Shown: piece after piece, positions 26,901-41,900 of the stretch
Position numbering within the stretch: the stretch's first letter is position 1
How the letters are laid out: the number at the start of each line of letters is the position of its first letter
Source: Eledone cirrhosa
Taxonomy: Eukaryota
DNA: 64,000 nt
Direction of reading: 5' to 3'
Assembly (NCBI GenBank): GCA_964016885.1
Contig: OZ024755.1
Span: forward strand, 14,136,001-14,200,000
The notes under the pieces: generated by a model
Databases searched by the model: none
What the model was told of the DNA's origin: nothing
What the model saw: the letters and a program-made list of their open reading frames with translations, nothing else
Made by a program: the position numbers and the translations under genes

Positions 26901-29900
26901 CATACATAGAGTAACATTACTCATTCACCATGAACATCTCAATAGAGTTGAAACTGAGTTTACAATGGCACCATGCGATACCTCTGGGGCGGCCCAGTCA
27001 ACTAAAATGTGTACAATGATTCTCCAACTGAATGGTTTCACCAACAAATGTTAAACACAGACAACATGGTGTAAAATCTAAAGAAATGATAGATCTTCCA
27101 CCCCACCCCTCTCCCATTTAACCCTTAAGGATTTCATAGATTGTCTTGCAACATTTTTCTTCCTCATTCTCTCTTTCACACACACATACAACAACAAACA
27201 CTCAGAAAGATACAAACAAATGCAAATACACATCCAAACACATACACACACAAAGAGACATATTACACACACACATTCAAAGGTATACACACAAATAGAG
27301 ACATACATAAAAAACACACAAACAGATACAAACACATGCAAATACATACACGCACACACACACACACACACACATTACACAGACACGCACTCAAAAACAC
27401 ACATAAATACAGAGAAATACATACATACATACCACAATAAACACATACAAATACACACACACACACACACAATACAGACACACATAAATACAGAGACATC
27501 CATATACACATACCATGACTAACACATACACAAAGATACAAACACATGCAAATAAATACACACAAACTTATTGTATTGTTACTTTGAACATCAGTAGGGG
27601 GACGTGATATTTAAAACAAAGATATTTGCAAACACACACACACCTACATATCTTAGTGCATTGTAACTCCAGTTTTGAGAACAAGACATTTAGAACAAAA
27701 ACACCCACACATTGACACAAACTATTATATAAACTACAGTGGAACCTCGGTTCATGGACTTAATTCATTCCTGAAGGCTGTTCACCTGAAATGTTCGTAA
27801 ACTGAAACTATTTTTCCCATATGAAATATTAAGAGAGAAATACAGTGAGAGAGAGACTGTGTGTGAAAGACAGATAGATATCACCATAGCAACTAACTAC
27901 ACAGCAAGTAACACTTTCCTGCAAATACTCCAAGTTTGTTGCCAACCATTGTTGCTGGCTTGCGTGTTCGTTACTCTGTTCGTGAACCAAGACGTTTTAT
28001 GTTTGGAAAAATTGTTTGTGAACCAATTTGTTCAGGATGAGAGGGATTCGTGAACCTAGGTTCCACTATATTTTATAACATCGCCCCACATGATCAAACC
28101 ACTCTTTATATTAACTTTATTCTCCTCAGTGCTTCGTAAAAGTCTGAGAAATTAGCTACTTATAAAATGATATATTATATATGCATCCTGGTTTTTTAGA
28201 TAAAGATTAAAGAGGACAGTTTAGTCTTGCTGGATACAAGGCAACCTCTCCAGTGCCCTTCCATCACCAACTAAACAGTAAATATGTATGTCCATCAAAT
28301 TTCAGTGAGAAGATATCAGTCAACCTTAGGTTATAGTAGAAGATACTTTCTAAAAGTGTGTTGCCATTGTGGGTTTGAACCAGGAGCAAATATAGTTGTA
28401 AAGCAAACTTCTTAACTACACAGCCATATATTCAAAAATGTCTTTTAACTCACGTAAGGACTTCTTTTAATGCTTTAACAGCTTCTTCTAGTTTTTTGTG
28501 GTCAGGATTCTTTTTGGGAGTTCGTTTGAGGATTTCTGGAGAAAACAAAACAAAACAAAAAAGAAAAATAAATATTTATATATTATTATTATTATCCTCA
28601 TGTATACATTCTGAGTTGCACATCCCACCGAGATTAGCTTTGCCTTTCATCCTCACAGGGTCAATTTACTTGACTTTCTCTTCCCGCCAAAAAAATCACT
28701 GGCCAACTTTGCTTTTCATCCTTCTAGGGTTAATGAAATAAAGTACCAGTCAAATACTGGGATTATCAAATTTAACCCCCTGAATCCACCCCTGGTTCTA
28801 CAATACAAAGCTATTTGTTTACAAGTGTTTATACTTATTTTAAAACACTTTCCATAGTAATTTTATTTAATAAAATATTGTTATGTTCCAAACCACCAAC
28901 TTAAAAATTCTTAATTATTTTCAAAAAAAATTTGAAAATCATCGGCAGTGTCTTTCATTAGAAATATGGTAATGAAAGGGTTAATGATGAAAGTTACCAT
29001 GGCAATAGACAAACATGGTCTCTGACACACAAACAGCAGAGTGGAAAAAGTGGGTTTGTTTTGACTTTTCTTAAATATCATATTTGTATTAGTTGAACAT
29101 GTAGCAGGTCAAGTGAATAATAGTGATAATAAACATGATGATGATGATGATAAATATATGATGATGATAAATATGGTGGTGATGGTGGTGGTGAAATGTT
29201 CAATGATGCTGCAATATTGAAATTGATTAGATAGCATTATTTTTATGTAGCTTCAGATGTTTAAAAAATGAACAAGACAGAGGGCAAATCAATTATGTGT
29301 GTGTGTGTACATATATATATATATACATACATACATATATCCATATATATACACATACATATATATATACACACACACATACATATAACATGCTGTGTAT
29401 GTAAATATGTATCAATATGTATATATGCATGTATGTGTGTATATCCGTGTGCGAGTGTACATATCTATGTATATGTGTGATAAAAGAAAGTAATATTTTT
29501 TAATTATATCAGATTTATATTATCATGTAAGGAACAAAAATAATAACTTCCTAAGACAATATAAAGTCTTGCACTAACAGAATTGTGGTGTCTTGGTGAG
29601 AAATATACTGAATATACTGCAACAAGTGAAGAAATATAGATTAAAAAAGTATAGATTCGGCTGTAAGATAGACAGAACTATTGCCAAAATCTTAGTGACA
29701 GAAAAACAACAGAGCAAATTAAGACATATCATTGAGAGAATTGAAAAGAAAAATGTGGGCAGCAGCCAAGGAATTACAGAGTTAACTTCCTAAAATGTAG
29801 TCATTGATTTGATATAAAAATATATACTCTGCCTACTAAAAATAGTAGTGGCAGAGAAAAGATTTAACCCTTTTTGAAACCATCTCTGATTCTATGATAC

Positions 29901-32900
29901 AAAACTGTTTTCTGTTAAAAGGGTTGCATATATGGGCATTTAACTCAATACACTATATTCTTAAATATATTCAACATCTTAAATATTTTCAAAATTCTAC
30001 ACACATTGTTTTGCAAGACACAAAAAAACTTTACTGGTTGCTTTAAGCAAAGCATGACAAACCATTTTTGAGCAGTGGGCCACATAGGATGTGGTTTATC
30101 ATAAAGTGGACCGCACTACTAAAACATTCAAGACAATTTTAAATTTAGGCATGCCTTTCACAAATCCAAATGGGACACATGCCGCTCACGAGCCACAGTT
30201 TACCCACGACTGCTACAAGCACAGACAGTAAAATATCCGAAAACTGACATGCACACATATACAATGAGCTAATCTTATTGTCTGTATCAACAAAATCCCC
30301 TTACAAAACATTGTTCAACATAAAGCTTTAATTGTAAAAACATTTATCCAATGTACTGTACATTGAAATGGAACCCTAAACCATATCGTTGAGAACAGAG
30401 CTTCTAAAACCCAGTTATGACAGTGCCTACATGGTTAATTGGTTAGGGAGGGGTGAACTATTTGATGCCATAAACAGACCAACCTAATTTATACTCCACA
30501 CTACAACACAGTATATTTACATACTTTCTCATTACTGTATTTGAGGCATACTTCTAAAAGTCATTGAAATCGAACACAGTGGAATGGTTGAGGTCAAGAA
30601 CCCTTCCCAAGGCACAAAATTGTTCCTTCTGGCAAGTTTCCAACTCTGTCTCAATCTTAAGTGGTTGATATTAGTTAAAGGTCAAGACATTTACTTCAAT
30701 AATTTGTATGACAATATAAACATACACAAACATATATGTGTTTGTATGTATATTATAAATATATATAAATATATATATATATACACACTCGTGTGTATGT
30801 ATAATACACACTCACACACGTGTATGTATAATATATATAAAGACATGTATATATACATACCCACCTATATGTGTGTGTATGTATATATATATATATAAAT
30901 ATTGTATACAATATACAAATATGTGAAAATATATATATAATATACTTATATATGTAAATATATATTTCTATAAACCTAATATTTGATATATTAAGTGAAT
31001 TTAAGTTTTTATCAAATATCTTTTTACTGGTTTCAATTGATTACGATAATACTTTAAAATAATAATTTACTTTTAACAAATTGTGTTCTCATATTTTCTG
31101 ACTTATTAGACATATGGATATTTTTCTATCTGAAGTACCTCCTTTATATATATATATAGTATTAAAAAACCGGGAGGTTATATCCATAGTAAGCAGAGCA
31201 GTCAGTTGGTTCTGTTTTCAGCACAGCCATACACAGGTTGATAAGCTGCTAGGTGAAACGTGCGTTCTAGAGTATGGCTTGCTAATTTGTTGTGGAACTA
31301 ACTATATATATGTATGTATATATGTTTTTTAATATTGCATTTTGAACTTCTTTTTCATATCATCATCATCATCATTTAACATCCATCTTCCACGCTAGCA
31401 TGGGTTTGGACGGGAATTTTCCCACTTGAGGCAAGAGTGGTTGTCTTGCTCGCATAGGACTGTCTGGCGGGTTTTCTACGGCTGGATGCCCTTCCTAACA
31501 CCAACCACGTTTTCAGTGTGGACTGGGAGGTTTTTACCGTGTTACCTACACGGCCACATTACAGCGTGGACTGTGTGTTTGTTTGTCGTGACACCTACAC
31601 GACCTCATTTGTTTCGAACTGGATGTTGTGGTACCAACATAACTTTACATTTAAAGGGGTGGTGTGGATGGGGTGGGGGTAGTGGGACGGGGTGTATTTG
31701 TGTTAGAGGTGCCTACTGACTGTAGGTTTCGCTTTGTACTTAGGTAAGGCAGGTCTTCTGTATTACTGTGTAGCGCCAAAGATCTCGATCCAGTGACATT
31801 GTCTTGGAGAGGTGTAAGTGTGTGAGGTCGGAATTTATCAAGTCGTCCCAGGTTTTTCTGGGTCTGCTTACTCCGTGGTTACCGTCTATTTTTATTGCCC
31901 TGCACTTTTTTATACAGCTGTTGTCTTTCATGCGCATCACATGACCGTACCAACGTAGTTGGAAATGTGGTGATTGTTTTTCTTTTATCAACTGTGTATG
32001 TGGAGGCAGGGGAAGAGGTGTACATTTGTTTGGCACAATGTGAAGAGAAGGTATTGCATCTACTGGGGCAAGTGTCTTCTTTTTGACCAATGCCTTGTCA
32101 GCAGATTTTGTTGAACAAATAGTACAGGAGACCATTGTGTGTGTGTGTGTGTGTGTTTAATTTGTGTCTGTAAGGACCAGACCAGAAAAATAAGTACTGG
32201 GACAAATATAAAACTAAATTGAAGCAGTGCCCCAAAGTGGACATAGTCAAATATGACTAAACCCAGTCTTCTTCTTGTCATATGATATATGCACAATGGA
32301 TAGAGAGAAAGAGAGGGGGATTGTTGAATCAGTCTCAGGCCTCATTTGTCGTGTCATAGATTGCCTTCAGGCTGCCGAGAAAAGATCTGAGGGGACAATC
32401 CTGTACAACATGCAACACTGTCTGCTCAAGGTCTCCAGTCATATGCTGGGCTGTCTTTCATCTTCCATCAATGGAGATAATGGACTGTCCTAATAGTGAA
32501 AGAGGTTAATTAACCAAAGTCTCTGGTTAATTCAGAGAGGCCATGTTTTAGCCAGATTATGAGGTTGCATCAAGTGTCTTTTTTAGCATAGGACCTCCAC
32601 TCCTACCATGTCAGCATTTTTCCTTTCACCACTAAGCAGATAGACATGCAAAGTAGTAGTGGTGGTAGTAGTAGTAGTAGTGTTGGTAGTGACGCGTTTT
32701 ACTAGTAGTGATACAAGAGACTAACATACTTCAACATTAAATAATATCATGAACTGTGAAAGTTCTAAAAGGGTAGACACAATTAACCAAACTTCAGCAA
32801 CAGTAACTGTAACTAACTCAATGTCAAAAATAAAAAGACTTCATCATTTGTTTTCAACCATCTAAACCCATGCTCGCGTGGAAGATAGGTGTTAAGTGAT

Positions 32901-35900
32901 GATGATGATTGTAACGGTGGTGACAAAGATATATTACATCATCATCATCTTTGTTTAATGTCCATCTTCCACGCTAGCACGGGTTAGATGGGAGTTGTCC
33001 CACTTGAGGCAAGGCTGGTCGGGTGACTGTGTCTCGCTCATAAAGACTATCTGGCAGGTTTTCTATGGCTGGATGCCCTTCCTAACACCAACCACATTTA
33101 CACTGTAAATGTGGATGATGATGATGATGATGATGATTTGGTTAAGAGGTGTCTACTGACTGTAGCTTTCACTTTGTACACAGGCAAGGCGGGTCTTCTG
33201 TATTACTGCATAGTGTCAAAGATCTCGGTCCAGTGACATTGTCTTAGAGAGGTGCAAGTGTGTAAGGTCGGAATTTATCAAATCGTCCCAGGTTTTTCTA
33301 GGTCTACCTACTCCGTAACTTCCATCAATTTTGATTGCCCTGCACTTTTTTATACAGCTATCGTCTTTCATGCGCATCCCGTGACCATACCAACGTAGTT
33401 TCGCTCAAGTAAACAGCATCTAATCCCTCTTATTCCTAATTTCTCACTTAGTTCATTTATGCTTTGCTGTTCATGCATGCTTCGTTCCTTTCCAGTCTGC
33501 ACAGGTCCTCTGCACGCAATGCCCATGTCTCACTGCCATGTAGTATTTTGAACCATTCCTAAATAAACTACATTAGACTATTGTACAACTGAACTAAAAA
33601 TTCTACAGTCACCATTATTTCACAAGGTTAAGAACAAAACTTGGTGTTAAAATGTTGTTAATATGAAATGGTAAAATCAATTTATTCTTAACAAAAAATT
33701 TAGATAATGGACGAGCAGATATAACAATAAAATAAAAAAAAAAAAAAAGAAAAGCATATGAAAAATATAAAAGTGCTAAAATTAAAATAATGATGATACT
33801 AATGAAACTTCATTAGCATTTATTATTGTGAATCAATTATTAATTTTAATTGACCAATTTATATTTATACAGATTCCATAGTAGCTACAGAATTTTTTTT
33901 GGGATTTTTAAATGAACATTTCATGGCAGTGCTCCAGTATGGCCAAAGTCTAATGAATGGAACCAATAAAAGACTAAAAGATTAATGAATAGGAAGAGAA
34001 TGGTAAATGAATCATAGAATACTGTCTGTGAACCAGACACATAAGAATTTGACCTTTCTAATTATTTTGCCAGAGCTTTTGAGAACATGGGTAACATTGA
34101 AATTGTCTGTCAGAAGTTATATAAATGATCACAATGAAATAATAAAATAGAAAAGAATATATATATGTGTATATATATGTGTGTGTGTGTGTGTGCACAA
34201 GGCAAACAGAAATAACAAAGCAAACGACAGTACAATGAAGTATATATTAATATATATGTGTGTGTGTGTGTATACATATACATATATATATGTCCAACCC
34301 TTGCTACCAGGGAAAGCAGGTGTTAAATGATGAGGGTATGTGAGTGTGTGTGTGTATATAATCTTTTACTGGTTTCAGTGATTAGACTGTGGCCAGGATT
34401 TAGTCAATCATATCAACCCCAGTACTTATTTTATCAATTTCTTCTTTATTGAACTGCTAATTTATGAGACACGTGGGACACATGGACAGTTTCTATCTAC
34501 CTGAAGCTCATACAGTAGAAGTTGCTCAGAGTGCTGCATCATATGACTGAGTCTGAAACCACATGGTTACAAAACAAACTTAACTACACTTGAGATCATC
34601 TGCTAGATGTTATATAAAGGATAGCAATAAAAATTAAAAATAAAAGTAATAATAAACAAAAAGGAAGAAAGAAAAACAAGAGGAAAAAAGCAGAGAAAAA
34701 AAGGTAAAAATGTTAGCATTATCCTGAAATGAGGAATTCTTCTCACCGTTTAAAAGTAGAATAACACTTCCAAGGCGTTGCACAGGACGTATCATTAATT
34801 CAACTAGTGTTTGTCGACCACATTCTGGTTTGTTAAGAGATACCTGAAACATAGGAGAATGAATGAAATCTATTAAAACAAGGAATTCTTTGGAGTTAGT
34901 GTTAGTATTATTACTATGACTATTACTGCTAACTCTAACGACTACGATGATGAGTGTTTCAGTTGATCAGATCAATGGAACAGCCTGCTTGTGAAAGTAA
35001 CATGCAAGTGGTTGAGCATTCCAGACATGCGTACCCTTAAGTAGTTCTTAGGGAGATTCAGCGTGACACAGAATGTGACAAGGCTGGCCCTTCAAATTAC
35101 AGGTACAACTCATTTTTGTCAGCTGAGTGGACTGGAGCAACATGAAATAAAGTGTCTTGCTCAAGGACACACTGCATTGCAGGAAATTGAACTCATGATC
35201 TTATGATTGTGAGCCGAATACCCTAAACACAAAGCCATGCACCTTCACACTATTATTATTACTACTACTAGTACCAGTAATGCACTGGGTAATTGCTGGC
35301 CTTGTGCCTAAAGTAGAAACAATTATTATTACTACTACTACTACTAAAACTAATACTATTTCTATAGTTAATTAACTCAAGTCTCTGGTTTCAGAGAAGC
35401 CATGTTCTGACAATATTCACTTTTAGAACATTAAAAACAAAATACAACGAACACAAATAATCACAGCAGCAGAATATTAAACAATATAATTGAAAGGAAG
35501 GGGGTTAATCTTTTACTTGCTCCATGGCTGTGGCCATGCGGGGGCAACTGTCATAGGTTTTCTTTATTTTTTTCTAACGCAACAAACACACACATTGAGC
35601 TGGTAGAGATTAGGCCAAAATGCCTAGCACACACACACATCAAACTGGCAGAGCTTGTAGAGGTTAGGCCAAAATACCTAGCAGTCTTTATTTTGATGCT
35701 CTATGGTCTAAGTTAAAATACCCAATCACTCTCACACACACTCCCTCTCTCTCTCCTCAGAATATCAATTGTCTTCAAATCTGGAGAAGAATGAACTCCA
35801 TCAGATTTAAATGTCCAAGACATGTCATGACAATGCCACCCATATGACCCCATCAAGATTTTAGAGCTCGAATATACTATTTCTCCTCATTCAATACATA

Positions 35901-38900
35901 ATCAACATTATATTACTGTTCTTCTATCTTTCCTTTATTTTTATAACAGGAAATTTCTGGAAGACATTTATAACAACAATTTTCATTATAAAACTAAAAG
36001 GTAGATTGGCAGTATCAGTAGAGCATCGAACTACATGCTTTATGGCATAGAGTTATAGCTCTTTGCATTCTGAGTTCAAATTTCACTGAGGTTAGCTTTG
36101 TCTTTAGTCCTTACAGCATCTTTAAAATAAAGCACTAGTAATGCCCTGGGTTCGATTTATTTGACCTTCTCCTTTCCTGCAAATTGCTGACCTTGTGCAA
36201 AACTAAGAAGCAATTATTATAAAACTAATTTTAACACTTCAATTTCTTTCTTAATTAAATCTAATATAAAAATATTTCCGCTTTATCAATCAACAACCCA
36301 TTATTGTAAAACTATAATTGACCAACCCTTGCTAGCAGGAAGAATGTTAAATGATGATGGTGCATTATCCTTGTCATCACCAATTTTATGTCTGTTTCTC
36401 ACACTGGCATCAGTTCAACAAGAGTGACTTTACATGTTGCTCATACATTCCATATCTGGTTTGATTTCTACAGCTGGATACCCTTTTCTAATGCCAACCA
36501 CTTTACAAAGTGTACTGGATGCATTGATTTCACATGTTGCTCATACATTCCATATCTAGCATGATTTCTACAGCTGGATGCCCTTCCTAATGCCAACCAC
36601 TTTACAGAGTACTGGGCGAATTTTATCATGGCACTAATACTAGAGAAGCTGTTGTGTCCTTCACGTGACTGAAGTGCCCCTTCTACCCTTATTTCCATGA
36701 TTCCTATGGAAATACAACTTATACTAGTATTAAAATAATAATGTTTTATATTAGATGTCTCTAAAACACAATTAGCTGACCAAAAATATTAAACGACATT
36801 TACATATATTTCATATAAACAAACAATCTCAGAGGAACAATGATAGAGCAAATTAATAAGTGAGGCTGCTGTATAATAACATTATTCATGGAAAGTTCCA
36901 TCATCTAAAAGTTATGTGGGAGAAAACTGGAGAGGTTATATAAGTTGATCCAATCTCATTCAATGGAAAAAAAAAATGATGTTTTTAAAAAAAAAAAAAA
37001 GAAATCAATTACGTTTCCCTCTAGTGCCAAAAACTACTTCAATCCTAAACATGATTTAAGCAGTAAACTGACAGTCGCTTATAGTGTAGACCAAAATTGT
37101 TTGTTCTGGTTTTCTGCACAGCAAGCTCAAACCTTGTTGAGGTCAATATTGCCTTTCATTCTTTTTCAAGGTTGATAAATTTGATGGAATTGTAATAGTA
37201 TCTGATGAGATGCCTTGCTATGTTTGTTCCAGCTGTCTGTTGCACTTTGAGATCAAATCTTGCTGAGGTTAACTTTACCATTCATTCTCATCCTTTGTGA
37301 AGGTATGTACGCATGACTTAGTGGTTAGGGAATTGGATTAGCAGGCGTGAAGTTGCAAGTTCAATTCCCGAAACTGAGCAATGCATTATGTCCTTGAGCA
37401 AGACACTTTATTTCATGTTGTCCCACTGCCAGGAATTGCAACCGGTTGATAGTATCAGCAATGGAGTGACAAATTGAAATATTGTTTCCTTGTTCTGATT
37501 TGAAGAGCTTCACCTCATTCAGTAAGAGAATGAGGTTTGGGACCTTGTCAATTGATTCCTTCTTTTTCCATCCTCTCGGAGGTTGATTAAATACAATAGC
37601 AGTTCAGGGAAATGGATTGACAATTTGTTTGAACATCCGATGAGATACCTTGCATCATTTTTTCAGATTCTTTGTGTTCTTAGTTCAAATGACAACCTAT
37701 CCAACCCATTCCAGTAGGGAAAACAGACATATGATGATGATAATGTGAGATTAGTTAAAATAAAAGATGGTATTAAGCTCAATTACCTTTAAGAATGCAT
37801 GAAACCTTTGGTTTTTCTTCTCACATTCCAAAATGCTTTCTTTTGTTTTTTCGAAAAAATTCACGAATGGAGGATATGCTTTGACCAGTTTTTCAGCCTA
37901 AGAAATAAAAAAAAAAGATTGAAAAAATAAATAATAGAAACCACTTCCACCTATCCAACCCTTGCAAGGAAGGAAAGCAGACATTTTTTAATGTTTAATA
38001 CTTATCACACACACACAAACCTCCACACATGGCAGTCATCAAAATAATGACTCCGAATATAAGCCCCAAACCCCCATCCCACCCGCTACCATCGATTTTT
38101 TTTGGTCACATATTTATCTATCTAGGGCAGATAAAATTCCTGAGCTCCATGGACGAGTTCTCTCCAGTAGTCTCTGTCCTTCATCACCACCGCTATGTCC
38201 CATGTCTACTGGAGATGAGTGTCTATCCTTAGGACATCAACATATGTCATCCTCAGTCTCCGTCTTCCAGTGTGTCCTTGTAGGGGCTTCCACAGGACTA
38301 CTGAATGCAGTGTCAGCTCTGAATGTCGATGAGCGTGTCCAGCTAACCTCAGTCTCCTCTGGTCACAAATTTCTCAGCTTATATTTGAATATATATGGTA
38401 AATTAATATACTAGATTAATTCTTGATTATCTTCAAAATTGCTTGAAAATCATAAGCAGTGCATTTTGTGATAAATATGCTAACAAACTTCTTAATGTTA
38501 TTTTTAATAATCCTTGCATATGATTACGTTTAATATTCCATTATAACCTCACAGCCAATGCAATCCATCAAAGACTAGGCTAATTAAGATACTAAGGGTG
38601 TTCACAAATATCTGGTTGTCTCGTTTCCACGGAAACTAATCACTAGTGATTTACATTGATTTATTGGTAAACACTATATTGACACAGGTCTAGATTTAAT
38701 TCTATCTAAACTATACCGAATGATCACAGATTTCTGTTTTCTCTTTCACGTCAGCAACATAACACCAACTTAACAAAAGACGACGGCTGTAGAGATATGG
38801 AAGCTTTGAAATTTAAAACCAGTGTGGACACAATGATACTGAGTACAAGAGGACAACAGCATTTAATGACCACTCTGGTCAAGTAGGAGGTAAATATAGT

Positions 38901-41900
38901 ACAAAGTAATGACCATATGATCAATGAAATAATTGTGTATGCGTTGTTATGTTGAACAGAATTTAAATAAAGGAAATACATGGAAGTAGAGAAAGGGGAA
39001 GACCAAGAGAAATATAGCTAAAGATGATAGAGGAAATAAAGCTAGTGGTTTGGTGATTAACCCTTTAGCATTTAAACTAGCTGTATCCGGCCAGAATTTT
39101 CTCACCTCTTTCTGTTCAAACCAGCAGTAACTGGCCGCTCATACTGATGTTAAGGTATTGTTCTCAAAATAAATAATATCAAAATCTCATAGATTCAATA
39201 GTGTATGAGATAATTATGTGAGGTAAAGCCTTTATCATGAAAATATAATAGTAAATATAGAGTAATGTAAATGCTAAAGGGTTATGGGTGCAAGAAATAG
39301 AGAAAAATGAAGAATCTTGTAATGGGGCCTGTTAAAGCTAACGTCTGCTTTGGCAGAGTAAATCGTCATAAAATGTTTGTTGTTGCTATTATTGTTATAA
39401 TTACATGTTTGAGAGTAAAATTGCAGACACAGCACAATGTTGACAGCATTGGTCAGTACAAGAAGACAACAACATATAATGACTACTCTGGTTAAATGAG
39501 AGGTGAAAAAAAATGGATCCTCCTCCATCGGTTTCAACGACAAACATTCTGTTATTCAATCAACTGAATGACTGAATCATTAATGTGTAAACGGTTGAGT
39601 ATTCCAGACACATATATACTCTTAATGTAATTCTCAGGTAAAATCAGCAAGACACTATGTGGCAATGCTGGATGTTTGAATTACTGTACAATCCATCCGA
39701 CAGTTTCTGTCTACCTAATTCCACTGACATGTTACTAGAGCCTCAGTAAAGACAGTTGCCCAAGATAACATGCAGCGGGATCAAATCCAGGATCTTATGA
39801 TTGTGAGGCAGACTTCTTAACCACTCAGCTATGTATGTGTCTAGCAGAATGTCATGACCAATGAAATAATTGTGTATATGATGATGATGCATTGTGTGTG
39901 TGTGAAACAGAAGTAAAAGAATTACATGTTTGAGAATGACATCGCCAACCAAGGCATCCTCCTTCCAGTTGTCAATCAAATCCGACAGTTCGTCCCTTAT
40001 TTTACAATGGATGTCATAAATTGGTGGGATTTTGCCAAATATTGACTTTATCTCAAGTGGGGCCAATATGGGGCTATTGTATTGGTTTGGTTCCTCGATT
40101 TTCTCCTTAAACACCTAAAAAAGTGACATAATACAACATTACCAGAATGTTAGATTTAGAAGTTTATAGCAATAACAGAAAAAATATACAAGCAATTGAA
40201 ATGGGATTCATCTGAAGCAGGGTCTTTGGAGTAACATTACTTAACAGGGTGCATAGTTTGGAAATCAAGGAGTCCCTTATGGTAGAGCTGCTACTTCTTT
40301 AAATTGAGAGACACTATAGATATGTGGTTAGAATGTCTCAGGAAAGAATTGCTGAACATATTTTAGGGGCAAAAACCAACTGGCAAGAGACCCAGAGGTC
40401 AACTATAGACAAGATGGTTGAATAACCTCCATGAGCTTGGGTGAGGATCCAGCCAGATCAATTTGGGATGGTTGCTTCTGATATACCATACTTGAAAATA
40501 AGTATGGCTTAGCATCAGATAGAGCATCTCACAGTGGCAAAAACTACCTCAGAAAATATCATCCAACCCATGCTAACACAAAAGAGGATACGTACGTTAA
40601 GAATTGTATGCAAGATCTTCACGTAATTCCATTCTGTCTGTAACAACTCCATTGCAACTAAGCACCGCTGAGATGGTTTGATAGCACTTCTATCCTTGTT
40701 AGGTTTTTCTGGAAAATTAAGAAAAAAAAAGTTTAAAAGTTATTAAAAAATGAAATCAAAATTCAAAATTAACTGACTTCTTATGGTGAGGAATTTATTA
40801 AGGGAGGACAAAAATATACTGTTCTTTCCCAAGATTATTAACAGTGGAGGGAAGCTGCAGTAGAGGTAGACAAAGAAAGACCTGGTCTCAAATCGTTGAG
40901 ACCTACAGAAGAGGTGACGAAGGAACACATGGAGAGATGCTGTGCTGAAAAGACCCAGTCGAACCCACAAAAGCATGGAAAAACAATGATGATGATGATG
41001 ATGATAGCAGAGGGTAAGACAAAATATTTGTATGTATTGACTCGTAACTCATGGTGGAGCCATAATGGAGGCATAGTGACATACAGTGTTTCTTGGGTAT
41101 TTTAAACCTGGCAAAGTCCATCACCTTTCCAGGTCTGAACACAGCTGATTTCTTCCAGAGAAGGAGTGATAGAGAGGAGGTGAGAAAGAGATATAGAAGA
41201 AGAATTGACCCCGACACTGAGCTGTTACTTTTTTATCAACCTCGAAAATATGAAAGGCAAAGTTGACCTCAGCAGGATTTGAACTGAGAGTGCAGAGAGT
41301 CAAAACAAATAACGCAAAGCATTCTAGTCTACATTCTAACAATTCTACTAATTTACTGACATCCCCGATACATTTGTACGTATCATATAATGGTTACATA
41401 ATTGACATCAGAACATAATGAGCTGGAACAAATATTGCAAAGTATTTTGCCAATGTTCTTCCAATTTACCGCCCTTATTATATGTTATTACATCATGTAC
41501 AATTTATATAATGGCAGGTGTGTCGAAGTGGCAGACTTCGATAAAACCCATTAAACGTACAGAGAAAATAACAAGATAAAAGACATTAAAATAAAACATT
41601 GGTTGGTAGATAAAAATTTATGTAAATAACAGAAGACACCACAACCCCCACCAACCCCCTCCAAATCATTTACAATTCACATAGAGAATAAATAGCAACA
41701 CAGAAATAAAACACTAATGAAGTTGTTACTGGGACTGGCTTTCTCAATTAATTGAACATTAAATAATAGAGTTAACTTAAACACTGTTGATATATATCAT
41801 CATCATTATAATTATACAGTGAATTGGCAAAGGTATTAACTGTCATGACAGTACTTCTAACGAAATACACCCTATTTCAATTAAATAATGAAGACTTTTG

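Noticed and set aside
31740-32135. 131-aa ORF as a host gene
   Set aside because: Chimera of a SINE fragment and an RTE ORF2 C-terminal remnant; no RT domain.
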